Below are positions 11,738 through 21,226 of a DNA stretch of 64,000 nt, in pieces. Each line of letters begins with the position of its first letter. The first letter of the stretch is position 1. The DNA comes from an uncultured Desulfospira sp. (GTDB lineage: Bacteria > Desulfobacterota > Desulfobacteria > Desulfobacterales > Desulfobacteraceae): assembly GCA_963663165.1 (NCBI GenBank), contig OY760175.1, positions 3,712,001 through 3,776,000 on the forward strand, given 5' to 3'. The translations under genes were made by a program, and so were the position numbers. The notes below the pieces were generated by a model that searched no databases, was not told where the DNA came from, and saw only the letters and a list, made by a program, of their open reading frames with translations.

Positions 11738-12268
11738 ATGACCTCCCGGGTATATACGGACGCATCTTCCGCCATCCTGCTATACAAAGCCGGTTTGTTC
11801 GGCATGACCGCATCCCATTTTCAAATGGTTCTCACCCCTGGCGTCTTTGTTGAAATTACCCGGCAGGGGCATGACGGGGCAGAATATTTTTCCCGTTTTC
11901 AAAACCTTTCCATAGAGCCCCCGGACCCGTCCATTGGGACTGTCGGCCTTGAAAACGCCCTGTCCCTGGACTTAGGGGAAAAAGAAACCCTTTTACTCTT
12001 TTTACAGCAGAACAAGCTCCAAACAGCCGGTTTAAACCGGTTTATTCTGGTGGATGACGGGCCGGCCGCAAAATTCTGCAAGGCCCGGGGCCTTCCTTTT
12101 ATCAATGCCCTTCTCGTCCCCAAAATTTTAAGGCTCTCCGGCCATATGAGCCTGTCCGGCTGCGATGAAAAAATGGACCTTTTATCGAAAATAGGGCGGT
12201 ATTCTTCAACCATCCTTAAAAAAGCCCGCGAGCTAACGGCACAGGATCTGGATTATTTTATAGATTAA
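11738..12268 (+). CDS. Hypothetical PIN-like (DUF3368-like) protein
   Basis: 'VYTDASSAILL', 'LDLGEKETL', 'ILVDDGPAAKFC' match the acidic PIN-fold pattern. Confidence 0.55.
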   Translation: MTSRVYTDASSAILLYKAGLFGMTASHFQMVLTPGVFVEITRQGHDGAEYFSRFQNLSIEPPDPSIGTVGLENALSLDLGEKETLLLFLQQNKLQTAGLNRFILVDDGPAAKFCKARGLPFINALLVPKILRLSGHMSLSGCDEKMDLLSKIGRYSSTILKKARELTAQDLDYFID

Positions 12269-12288
12269 AACTTCGTGAAATCTCCGGG

Positions 12289-13188
12289 CTAAAAGCGGCC
12301 AGGCTTTTTTCTTTTTTTGACATTCACTACCGTAATCCCGGCAACAATAAAAATGACAGACCCCAGAAGATACCGGGTAACCGGCTCCCCTAAAAGCCAG
12401 ACACCGAAAAACACCCCGGCCAGGGGCACTATAAAAAGAAAGGAATACTGGGCCGTGGCCCCATATCGCCGCATCATGGCGTTCCATGCCACAAAACCGA
12501 CACAGGTGGTGACAAGGGCTTGGAAAAGGAGGGCATTGACCACCAGGGGAGTTACCGATGTCACCATGGGGTCATCCCAGATGACTGCCCCGACAAAAAA
12601 AAACGGCACCCCGATAACCATGGGATACAAGGTCACCTGGATGGTATTGAACCCGTCAATGATCCGTTTGAGAAACACAATGGAAACCGACCAGCACATC
12701 ACCGCACCCAAAACCATCAGGTCTCCGGAATGGATATCGGCATCCAGGTCTGGCCGGTCAAAAAAAAGCAGCACCACCCCGGTAAACCCCAGGGCGATAC
12801 CAAAAACCTTTTTAAGGGTTATCCGGTCTGCCGGGATGAAAAAATGAGATAAAATCATCACCATGAACGGGACCACATTGACGATCAGGGTTCCATGGGA
12901 CGCCGTGGTCCGGCTCAGTCCCACATGGAAACAGGAAAGCTGAAAACTGAACAGGCAGCCCTGAATAAAAATCAAGGCGGTCTGTTTAGGGGTCAGGCCC
13001 AGGGGGATCTTTTTATATGTTGCCCATAAAAACAGGCAAAAGCCGGCCACACAGAACCGGGTCCCGGCGGTGGTAAACGGGCCTAAGCCGGTCAGGGCGT
13101 ATTTAATGGCCACGGTGTTGCCCCCGAAAATGATGCATAAAACAACCATGCACAGGGCCGCCCCAACGGTCATGTCCTCATTTTTCAT
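12289..13188 (-). CDS. DMT/EamA family transporter
   Basis: About ten hydrophobic segments in two EamA repeats; start placed at MKNEDM. Confidence 0.85.
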   Translation of the reverse strand: MKNEDMTVGAALCMVVLCIIFGGNTVAIKYALTGLGPFTTAGTRFCVAGFCLFLWATYKKIPLGLTPKQTALIFIQGCLFSFQLSCFHVGLSRTTASHGTLIVNVVPFMVMILSHFFIPADRITLKKVFGIALGFTGVVLLFFDRPDLDADIHSGDLMVLGAVMCWSVSIVFLKRIIDGFNTIQVTLYPMVIGVPFFFVGAVIWDDPMVTSVTPLVVNALLFQALVTTCVGFVAWNAMMRRYGATAQYSFLFIVPLAGVFFGVWLLGEPVTRYLLGSVIFIVAGITVVNVKKRKKPGRF

Positions 13189-13363
13189 TGCGGGTTGTTC
13201 TCCGGGAAAATAACCAGGCGCACCGCCTGAATCTTTAAAAAGGATACAAAAACCCGAAAGTTTGGTAAAGGGTTTTGTTTCCGGTTTGACACCTTGACTT
13301 TGAGCCATATATTTCATACTGGTTTTAGGCATATCTAACAAAACAAAGGTGCCCGGCATTTTC

Positions 13364-13744
13364 ATGAAGCGACCATTAACTCATTCCTTGCTGATTTTCA
13401 CGACCGCACTGGCAATCAGTCTTAATCTGACGCTGAGTGAAACGGCCCGCTCTCTTCATATCCGCCATGAGCACAGCTGTATCTGCCGCCATATCGGGAT
13501 AAAGGACCTTGGCATTCACACCTGTCCTGTCCGGCACGGGCATACATGGACCCGGCCTCACCATGACTGTTTAATATGCAAGGCCTTTGAACTGTTCCAT
13601 ACGGTTTTCACCTCCAGACACCTTTATGTTTCCCCGCTTTTCCTGCCGGCAGCGGGGGCTGTTCCATCCAATGTCCCCCGGATCACACAAACAGCCGGCT
13701 TTGTGAAACAGGCCAGGGCGCCGCCTATAGAGGGACTCGGCTGA
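13364..13744 (+). CDS. DUF2946-like His/Cys-rich leader protein ending in RAPP
   Basis: Hydrophobic N-terminus, HEHxCxCxH, HGH, HHDCLIC (CxxC), C-terminal QARAPP; directly upstream of znuA. Confidence 0.7.
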   Translation: MKRPLTHSLLIFTTALAISLNLTLSETARSLHIRHEHSCICRHIGIKDLGIHTCPVRHGHTWTRPHHDCLICKAFELFHTVFTSRHLYVSPLFLPAAGAVPSNVPRITQTAGFVKQARAPPIEGLG

Positions 13745-13825
13745 AGACCGATGGCGGATCATCAGCCTGAACACCATACATTTCCATATCCGGACAAATT
13801 TCAAAATTTTAATAAAGGAGAACCC

Positions 13826-14761
13826 ATGAACACTGTGATTCGTTTGACGGTTGGATTGTTCCTGATGCTTGCCCTGCCGGGAGCCGTGTTTGCCAAGGCC
13901 CCTTTGCAGGTCCAGGTCAGTATCCTGCCCCAGAAATATTTTGTTGAAAGAGTGGCCAAAGATCTTGCAACGGTCGATGTCCTGGTCAAACCCGGCAAAA
14001 GCCCGGCCACCTATTCCCCGTCCCCGGACCAGATCAAAACCCTGGCCGGCGCGGATGTCTATTTTAGAATCGGTGTCCCCTTTGAAAACGGGTTCATGCA
14101 TAAGATAGAAGATATTGCCAAAAACATCCTTGTGGTCGACACCCGGAAGGGCATCACCCTCAGGGACATGAAAGCCCATCATCATGATGAAGAGGGAGAT
14201 GAGCACCACGAACATCACGGGGATGCCGACCACAAGGAACACGGGCACGAAGGCCATGAAGGCGACCATCACGCCGGCAAAGATCCCCATATCTGGATGA
14301 GCCCGATGCTGGTAAAACAGCAGGCCCTGACCATTTGCCAGACCCTGATCAGCCTTGATCCTGACCATAAGACCGATTTTGAAGCCAATTATAAAGCGTT
14401 TGCTCAGGATCTGGACAATCTTAACCAGGAACTGTCCGCGGCCCTGGCCCCTGTAAAAGGTGAAAATCTTTTTGTATTTCACCCGGCTTTTGGGTATTTT
14501 ACGGATGCCTACGGCCTGGAGCAGGTAGCCATAGAACAAATGGGAAAGGCGCCCAAGGGAAAGGAGCTGTCCCAGATTATTAAACAGGCCAAGGAACAAA
14601 AGACCCATGTCATTTTTGTCCAGCCCCAGTTTGACCAGACAGCGGCCCAGAAAATTGCATCGGCCATCAACGGGGCCGTGGTGCCCATTAACCCCCTTGC
14701 CGAGGATTACCTGGCCAATATGAAAACCATTGGTGACACGGTTGCGGCAGGATTAAAATAG
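13826..14761 (+). CDS. znuA: Zn/Mn ABC transporter substrate-binding protein
   Basis: Signal peptide, His-rich loop, DPHIWMSP, VFHPAFGYF; AAGGAG SD. Confidence 0.9.
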   Translation: MNTVIRLTVGLFLMLALPGAVFAKAPLQVQVSILPQKYFVERVAKDLATVDVLVKPGKSPATYSPSPDQIKTLAGADVYFRIGVPFENGFMHKIEDIAKNILVVDTRKGITLRDMKAHHHDEEGDEHHEHHGDADHKEHGHEGHEGDHHAGKDPHIWMSPMLVKQQALTICQTLISLDPDHKTDFEANYKAFAQDLDNLNQELSAALAPVKGENLFVFHPAFGYFTDAYGLEQVAIEQMGKAPKGKELSQIIKQAKEQKTHVIFVQPQFDQTAAQKIASAINGAVVPINPLAEDYLANMKTIGDTVAAGLK

Positions 14762-14765
14762 CGTA

Positions 14766-14854
14766 TTAGGCTGAAGGCTGAAGGGATTTAGGCTGAAGGT
14801 AGAACAACCATAAGCCCCCCCTTCAGCCTAACCCCCTTCTACCTAAACCCCTAA
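14766..14854. repeat. Heptamer-repeat hairpin (GGCTGAA/GGTTTA type)
   Basis: ggctgaa repeats followed by their complement ttcagcc; between znuA and znuC. Confidence 0.8.
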
Positions 14855-14866
14855 TTTAAGGACCCC

Positions 14867-15622
14867 ATGGACCAAGAAACCGATATCCAGATAGACCAGG
14901 TATCTTTTGCTTATACCCAGCGGACCATTCTTGAGAATGTCAGTCTTGCTGTGGGCAGGCATGATTTTGCAAGCATTGTCGGCCCCAACGGCGGCGGAAA
15001 AACCACTCTTTTAAAGCTCATTTTAGGGTTGATCGCCCCGGATTCAGGAAACATCCGGGTATTTGGGAAATCGCCGGAACAGGCCCGGCACAAAATCGGG
15101 TACATGCCCCAGTATGCCCATCTGGACATGGACTTTCCAGCCACGGTGCTGGACGTGGTTCTCATGGGAAGGCTGAACAGGGCCCGGTTCTGGTTTTCCA
15201 AAAAAGACAAAACCCAGGCCGAACAGGCCATTGAAAGGGTGGATCTCAAGGCATTTTCAAAAACCGGATTTAACGAACTGTCCGGAGGCCAGAAACAGCG
15301 GGCCCTCATTGCCCGGGCCCTGTGCAGCGACCCTGCCATCCTTCTGTTAGACGAACCCACAGCCAATGTAGACAATAAAACCGAGCAGACCCTGTTTAAG
15401 CTGTTAAAGGAACTGAATCAGGACATGACCATTCTTCTAGTTTCCCATGATTTGGGATTTGTTTCCAAGTACGTGAAAAGCGTGATCTGCGTTAACAAGC
15501 AGGTGGTCATCCACCCCACCACCGACCTGGAAGGCACCATGATCAAGGATATCTACCACGGGGACCTGAAAATGGTCCGTCATGACCACCGGTGTTCCGA
15601 AGGGGGCCACATCCATGATTGA
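14867..15622 (+). CDS. znuC: Metal ABC transporter ATP-binding protein
   Basis: GPNGGGKTT, LSGGQKQR, LLLDEP. Confidence 0.9.
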   Translation: MDQETDIQIDQVSFAYTQRTILENVSLAVGRHDFASIVGPNGGGKTTLLKLILGLIAPDSGNIRVFGKSPEQARHKIGYMPQYAHLDMDFPATVLDVVLMGRLNRARFWFSKKDKTQAEQAIERVDLKAFSKTGFNELSGGQKQRALIARALCSDPAILLLDEPTANVDNKTEQTLFKLLKELNQDMTILLVSHDLGFVSKYVKSVICVNKQVVIHPTTDLEGTMIKDIYHGDLKMVRHDHRCSEGGHIHD

Positions 15623-16463
15623 GTTCCTTAAAGCCGTCATGGACCCGGACAACACGTTTTTACTTTATGCCGTGATCATGGGAGGGCTTGCGTCCATATC
15701 CTTCGGCATCATCGGCACCTTTGTCACCATCAAGCGCATCGGCTACCTGGCCGGGGCCATCTCCCATTCCGTGTTTGGCGGCATCGGCCTTGCCATCTAT
15801 CTTCAGGTCAACATGGGCCTTGCCTGGTTTGACCCGGTTTTAGGGGCGGTTCTGGCTGCGGTTGTTTCGGCACTGATCGTGGGGGTTGTCTCCATAAAGG
15901 CCAAGGCAAGGGAGGACACCATTATCGGAACCCTCTGGGCCGTGGGCATGGCCGCCGGCATCCTGTTTATCGATAAAACCCAGGGGTATTTCAACCTTTC
16001 GTCTTACCTGTTTGGGGATATTCTGCTGATTTCACAAAAAGACCTTGTGTTTGTTCTGGGGATGGATCTGCTGGTGATCGCTGTTGTTACGGTGTTTTTC
16101 AACCGTTTTTTTGCCGTCTGTTTTGACGCTGAATTCACCCTGCTCAGGGGGATCAACACCACGTTTTTCTATCTGTCCCTTCTGGTTCTGACCGCCCTGA
16201 CCGTTGTTCTTCTGGTCAGAATCGTGGGAATCGTTCTGGTCATTGCCCTGTTAACCATCCCGTCGGCCATTGCCTCTTTTTACGCCCGCCGTCTCTGGCA
16301 GATGGCCGCCATCTCCATTTTCCTGTGCGCCCTGTTTACCTGGACCGGCCTTGGGATCAGCTATACCTTGAGCCTGTCCTCGGGCCCCTGCATTATTGTT
16401 TTTGCAGGAACCGTTTATTTTGGACTTCTTGCCATTCATAAACTGATTTTAAAAAACAAATGA
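15615..16463 (+). CDS. znuB: Metal ABC transporter permease
   Basis: 'AISHSVFGGIG', 'YLFGDIL', 'VGIVLVIALLTIP'. Confidence 0.9.
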   Translation: MIEFLKAVMDPDNTFLLYAVIMGGLASISFGIIGTFVTIKRIGYLAGAISHSVFGGIGLAIYLQVNMGLAWFDPVLGAVLAAVVSALIVGVVSIKAKAREDTIIGTLWAVGMAAGILFIDKTQGYFNLSSYLFGDILLISQKDLVFVLGMDLLVIAVVTVFFNRFFAVCFDAEFTLLRGINTTFFYLSLLVLTALTVVLLVRIVGIVLVIALLTIPSAIASFYARRLWQMAAISIFLCALFTWTGLGISYTLSLSSGPCIIVFAGTVYFGLLAIHKLILKNK

Positions 16464-17539
16464 ACGCCTTTAAACAACCGCCTGATCCCACTCCCTTTCC
16501 CATGGACCCTTCCCATGGCAACGGCTGCAGCTGTGCCCATGAGAAAGCCGCCCCAGGCATTCTGGATTCAGCGGGCAGGTCCATTCAGATTTTTATCCTG
16601 GTGTCGGCCATTATCATGGCCGTGTTTCAAGCCAGGTCCGAAGCCTTTATCTCTTTTTGCATCATCTTTTCATCCATTGTGCTGGAGGCCTTTCCCTTCA
16701 TGCTGCTCGGAACCCTTTTGGGCGGATTTGTAGAGGTCTTTTTATCCAGGGAGCAGTTCATCTCCATTCTCCCGAAAAATAAGACGGTGGCCATTGTCTG
16801 TGCGGCTTTTTTAGGCATTTTTTTCCCGGTATGTGAATGCGCCATTGTACCGGTGGTCAGAAAATTCCTTCAAAAGGGCATGCCCTTGGGATCGGCCGTA
16901 ACCTTTCTTCTGGCCGGCCCCATTGTCAATCCCCTGGTCTTTGCCTCTACCCTGGTGGCCTATACATTTGACTTTAAAGTCGCTTTTCTAAGGACCGCTG
17001 CAGGGCTTGTCATTGCCATTGCCGCAGGGCTTTTCATCAATGCCGTTATCCGGGAAAAAGACGCGGTAATCCCGGGGTCCTCCCATTCCTGCGCCCATTG
17101 CGGCCATGATCACCCCGCCCGCTTTGCCGGAAAAATAAAAGCCGCCCTGTTTCACGGAGCGGCCGATTTTTACGACATCGGCCGTTTTCTGATCATGGGG
17201 GCGTTGATTGCCGCCACCTTGCAGACCATGGTGGACCGGCAGGTTTTTCTTTCTCCGGGGACTGTTCCCCTGGTTTCCATCGGGGCCATGATGGTTCTGG
17301 CCTTTGTGCTGAACCTGTGTTCCGAGGCCGACGCCTTTATCTGTGCATCCTTCAGGCCCATGGGGATTCCCCTGTCGGCCCAGCTGGCCTTCATGGTTCT
17401 TGGCCCCATGCTGGATATCAAACTCATCCTCATGTACCTGGGCCTGTTTACCCGGAAAATGATTCTTCTGCTCTGCTTTTTTGTGGTGATGGCTGTTTTT
17501 GCGGCTTCGGTTGTTATGGAGGTGCTGCCATGGATATGA
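16460..17539 (+). CDS. DUF318/ArsP-family permease
   Basis: 'FPVCECAIVP', 'FLLAGPIVNP', 'LCSEADAF'. Confidence 0.85.
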   Translation: MNAFKQPPDPTPFPMDPSHGNGCSCAHEKAAPGILDSAGRSIQIFILVSAIIMAVFQARSEAFISFCIIFSSIVLEAFPFMLLGTLLGGFVEVFLSREQFISILPKNKTVAIVCAAFLGIFFPVCECAIVPVVRKFLQKGMPLGSAVTFLLAGPIVNPLVFASTLVAYTFDFKVAFLRTAAGLVIAIAAGLFINAVIREKDAVIPGSSHSCAHCGHDHPARFAGKIKAALFHGAADFYDIGRFLIMGALIAATLQTMVDRQVFLSPGTVPLVSIGAMMVLAFVLNLCSEADAFICASFRPMGIPLSAQLAFMVLGPMLDIKLILMYLGLFTRKMILLLCFFVVMAVFAASVVMEVLPWI

Positions 17540-18258
17540 ACACCAGAGAAACCCACAGCCGGATTCTTCCCCCGGCCATCATGGCGGCCTGGGCCGGGGT
17601 CTTTGTCTACTTATTGATAAACGACCAGTACCTGCTGTTTCTCAAGCCCGATTTTTTGTTTCTCATCCTTGGGGGACTTTTGCTTTCCAGTCTCTATTTC
17701 TGGGGGTTTTTAGGAAAAATGCTTCCGGCAGACAGCGACCATACCGTAAAGGGGCTGTTTCTTTTGCTGCCCATTTTATTTATTTTTTCAGCCGGCGAAA
17801 ACAGCCTGGGCAGCTATACCCTGTCCAAACGGCCCATGGTTCTCCCTGAAACCGGCCAGGACCAGCCTTTTTCACCGAAGCCGGAAATAATCAGGCCCGC
17901 GGCCCCTAGCCAATCGGAATCCGGCCTTATCCCCATTACCCGGCTTATCCGGGAATGGGACGCCTTTGAAGGAAAAACCGTTACCATAGAAGGGCTGTTC
18001 ACGGGGAACGTGGCCGGACAGGAAGAATTAGGTGCCGTGTTCCGTTATTATGTGACCTGCTGCGCGGCTGATGCTCAGCCCGTGGGCGTATTCTTGAAAA
18101 AAACACCGGACATCAACTTTGAGGACAATGCCTGGGTCAGGGCCACCGGAACCGTCAATATCATGGAACGGGAAGGATTTCAGGTGATTTTCATGGCCCT
18201 CAAAAACATCGAGCCCAGGGAAAAACCCTCCAAAAACGCAGCCTATCTTTACAATTAG
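17530..18258 (+). CDS. DUF1980/TIGR03943-family membrane protein
   Basis: Three N-terminal TM segments and 'RYYVTCCAADA'; usual partner of DUF318 permeases. Confidence 0.8.
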   Translation: MDMNTRETHSRILPPAIMAAWAGVFVYLLINDQYLLFLKPDFLFLILGGLLLSSLYFWGFLGKMLPADSDHTVKGLFLLLPILFIFSAGENSLGSYTLSKRPMVLPETGQDQPFSPKPEIIRPAAPSQSESGLIPITRLIREWDAFEGKTVTIEGLFTGNVAGQEELGAVFRYYVTCCAADAQPVGVFLKKTPDINFEDNAWVRATGTVNIMEREGFQVIFMALKNIEPREKPSKNAAYLYN

Positions 18259-18268
18259 GGACTCGGGC

Positions 18269-19705
18269 CTAGGCGCCCGGAAACCGGACTTCAAAGGCCA
18301 GGCCGTCAGATGAGTTGAACGCCCGGATGCGGCCGCTGCAGTGTTCGACTTGTTTTTGGGCAATGGCAAGCCCCAGGCCGGACCCGCAGGGGCTGCCGGT
18401 ATCCCCCAAGCGGTAAAACGGCTCAAACAGCTTTTTAAGCTCCCGGGGCTCAAGCCTTCGAAAGGTATTGGCAAGGGTCAGTACAACCTGCTGCCCTTTG
18501 TCTGCTTTTTCAGCATCCCTCTTTTCTAAACTAATTTTGATCCGGCCTTTTTCCCTGGTGTATTTCACGGCATTGTCCACAAGATTTGAAATGGCTGTGG
18601 ATACCATGGTTTTATCCGCCCAGATCGCGGCCGGGGCCTCAATCACGGTTTCAAGTGCCAGCTGTTTTTGGTCCATCTGAGGGCCAAACCGGTCTATAAG
18701 TTCCGGGACCAGTTGATTAAGACTGACCGGTTCCATATCCGGCACCTGGGTTTGCAATTCCATTCTGGAAAGGGTTAGAATACGGTCGATAAGGCCGTCC
18801 AGAATATGGATATCCTCATCCACCTGATCCATGTATCGCAAGATTTTGTTCCGGTCCGGGATCTCCACCTGGTTCAGATCCTCCCAGGCCCGGTCCAGAC
18901 GGTCCCGGATAAGCTGAATGGAAACCGTTATCCGGGCCAGAGGGCTTCGAAGCTCATGGGAAATATTGGCGGTCAGTTCCCGGCTGTCCCGGATCATTTT
19001 TTCCAATTTGGCGGCCATGAAATTAAAGGATTGGGCCAGGCCGGCAATTTCATCATTTCCCTTTACCTGGGTTCTTTGGGAAAGATCCCCCCGGGCAAAG
19101 TCCAGGGCTGCCTGGTTAAGCCGGTTGATCCGCCGGGTAACGGTTTTGGCCAGGGGGATCAGGGAAACGGCAATGACAAGACCGATGACCAGAAGCCCGA
19201 TCAAGAAAATCCGGCGCGGCTTTTCAGGATAGGCTTTTTTAAAATGAAGGTGGAGAAGCCATTCGTTTTCACCCTGGGTAAGCCGCACGGTTGCCCCATA
19301 TTCAAGCCGCCGTTTGGACAGAAAGTACAGGTCAATGCCATGTTCGGATAAGGATTCGTGTTGATTCGGCTCCAGCTTTGATTCCAGGTCCGGCGACGGG
19401 CGGCCAAAGACCGGACGCCCGTGGGTATCCGTGATCCAGATATCTGCCTTGAAAAGGGCGGCGTATTGTGAAATGAGTTGGGCTAGGGCTTTATTGCCGG
19501 CCAGTGCCGTATCAGGGGCTGAATCAATCCGGTCCTGGACCATCTGTCTGAAAAACACCAGCTTTGCCCGGGACTGTTCTTTGAAGTAATCCCGGAATGA
19601 ATGGCCGGCCGTGGCCATAAACAGGATCAGGATCAGGACCTCCGTAACCAGGAGAACCCCGATAAAGGTGAACAACAGCCGGGTGTAGAACCGTTTGACT
19701 TTCAT
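18269..19705 (-). CDS. HAMP sensor histidine kinase (CpxA-like)
   Basis: Two TM segments, HAMP, 'ISHELRSPL', 'NLVDNAVKY', 'GSGLGLAI'; ATGA overlap with the regulator. Confidence 0.9.
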   Translation of the reverse strand: MKVKRFYTRLLFTFIGVLLVTEVLILILFMATAGHSFRDYFKEQSRAKLVFFRQMVQDRIDSAPDTALAGNKALAQLISQYAALFKADIWITDTHGRPVFGRPSPDLESKLEPNQHESLSEHGIDLYFLSKRRLEYGATVRLTQGENEWLLHLHFKKAYPEKPRRIFLIGLLVIGLVIAVSLIPLAKTVTRRINRLNQAALDFARGDLSQRTQVKGNDEIAGLAQSFNFMAAKLEKMIRDSRELTANISHELRSPLARITVSIQLIRDRLDRAWEDLNQVEIPDRNKILRYMDQVDEDIHILDGLIDRILTLSRMELQTQVPDMEPVSLNQLVPELIDRFGPQMDQKQLALETVIEAPAAIWADKTMVSTAISNLVDNAVKYTREKGRIKISLEKRDAEKADKGQQVVLTLANTFRRLEPRELKKLFEPFYRLGDTGSPCGSGLGLAIAQKQVEHCSGRIRAFNSSDGLAFEVRFPGA

Positions 19706-20415
19706 TGATCCCCGGCAAACATATACCCGGTTCCCCATACGGTCTTAATCCGCTTTGGGGAGGCCGGGTCTTTTTCTATCTTGGCCCGCAGTTTGCTGAT
19801 GTGGATGTCCACACTCCGGTCAAACGCCATAAAATCCCGGCCCTGGGCCATGGTCATGATCTGGTCCCGGCTGAGCACCTGGCTGGGGTGCTTCATCAAT
19901 GCCTTTAGAATCTTGAATTCCGTGGTGGACAGGTCCATGGTCCGGCCGTCCGCCTCTATGGTAAATGCGGCCGTGTTCAGCACCAGGGCGCCTGCTTTGA
20001 TCAGATGGCCGGAAACCGTCTCCTGCCCATCTCTCTTAAGGGGTTCTTTATGGGGCTGCCGCCGGAGTACGGCCTTGATCCGGGCCAGCAGCTCCCGGGG
20101 ATTAAAGGGTTTGGGCAGATAATCATCGGCGCCCAGCTCCAGTCCCACGATCCGGTCGGTTTCATCTCCTTTTGCCGTGAGCATGATGACCGGCAGGTCA
20201 TGGCCGACCCGGATCTCCCTTAATACTTCTAAACCGTCTTTGCCGGGCAGCATATAGTCCAGAATGATCAGGTCACAGGAAAGCTGTCCGATCTTTTCGG
20301 CCGCATTGAGGCCGTCGGGCAGGGATGAAACCTCAAACCCGTTTCCCGCCAGATAGTCGGACAACAATTCGATTAACTTTGCGTCATCGTCTATGATCAG
20401 AATCCTTGCACTCAT
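19702..20415 (-). CDS. OmpR-family response regulator (CpxR-like)
   Basis: REC domain plus winged helix 'DRSVDIHISKLRAKIE...IKTVWGTGY'. Confidence 0.93.
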   Translation of the reverse strand: MSARILIIDDDAKLIELLSDYLAGNGFEVSSLPDGLNAAEKIGQLSCDLIILDYMLPGKDGLEVLREIRVGHDLPVIMLTAKGDETDRIVGLELGADDYLPKPFNPRELLARIKAVLRRQPHKEPLKRDGQETVSGHLIKAGALVLNTAAFTIEADGRTMDLSTTEFKILKALMKHPSQVLSRDQIMTMAQGRDFMAFDRSVDIHISKLRAKIEKDPASPKRIKTVWGTGYMFAGDQ

Positions 20416-20444
20416 GAAATGACCATATCGCGTTTTAAAATGCT

Positions 20445-20493
20445 TTTACAGCGGATTTACATTTTTTTACATTTTCACAAAACCTGATTTACA
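20445..20493. promoter_or_regulatory. Tandem TTTACA boxes (CpxR-type GTAAA-N5-GTAAA)
   Basis: TTTACA at 20445, 20456, 20466 and 20488 (helical spacing) between divergent genes. Confidence 0.6.
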
Positions 20494-20571
20494 TTTGCCC
20501 CTTATCCTGACCCCGTCCTGGAAAAAAATCTTTTATCAGGGCCTTAACCGTTAAAAAAAAGGAGACCGACA

Positions 20572-21102
20572 ATGTTCAAAAAAAAGAGAAAAGGATTGAT
20601 TGGGGTAGGCGTGATCGTTCTGATGATCGCCGGCATGGGCTGGTTCATGGCAGCCGGTGCCTTCGGGCCTGACTGCGACCGTAGCTTTGGCAGGCGCGGC
20701 ATGCCCGATTTTGTACAAGGGGAAATCGGCGAATTCATGCTCTGGCGGCTTGACAAAAAAATGGCCCGTCTGGATCTTTCAGACGACCAGCAGGCACAGT
20801 ACGACACATTAAGGAAACATCTGCAGGAAACCATTGAAACCGGCATGGACAGCAGGGCAGCCCTTCGCGAGCAGGTCATGGGCGAATTTGAAAAACCGGA
20901 GCCCGACCTGTCTTCGCTCATCACCGGCATTCAGTTTCACCTGGACCGGATGTCCGGCCTGGCCACCGAAAGCTTAAGCCTGATGGACCAATTCTATGCC
21001 GGCCTTGACCCGGAACAGCAGACCAGAATCGCCACGGGCATCAAAGAAAAGATAGCGGCCCGTCAAAACGGCTGTTACCGCCAGGCAAAGAAGGCCAACT
21101 GA
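20572..21102 (+). CDS. Spy/CpxP-like periplasmic protein
   Basis: Signal/TM segment, 'RLDLSDDQQAQ' and 'FYAGLDPEQQ' LTxxQ-like motifs; divergent from the two-component system. Confidence 0.7.
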   Translation: MFKKKRKGLIGVGVIVLMIAGMGWFMAAGAFGPDCDRSFGRRGMPDFVQGEIGEFMLWRLDKKMARLDLSDDQQAQYDTLRKHLQETIETGMDSRAALREQVMGEFEKPEPDLSSLITGIQFHLDRMSGLATESLSLMDQFYAGLDPEQQTRIATGIKEKIAARQNGCYRQAKKAN

Positions 21103-21226
21103 TGGGACCCCATGACCCGCAGAACCTTTGCCGTCACCACGGCCAAAACCGGCCGGGACCGGCCCCTTTGATCAGGGCCGAACAACGCCCGGCCGGTCCT
21201 GCAACACGGTATATAGACAGATTTTT

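Noticed and set aside
13571..14608. Long antisense ORFs (also 1517-2500, 24589-25440, 62652-63218)
   Set aside because: Antisense shadows of well-supported genes, with no recognisable motifs
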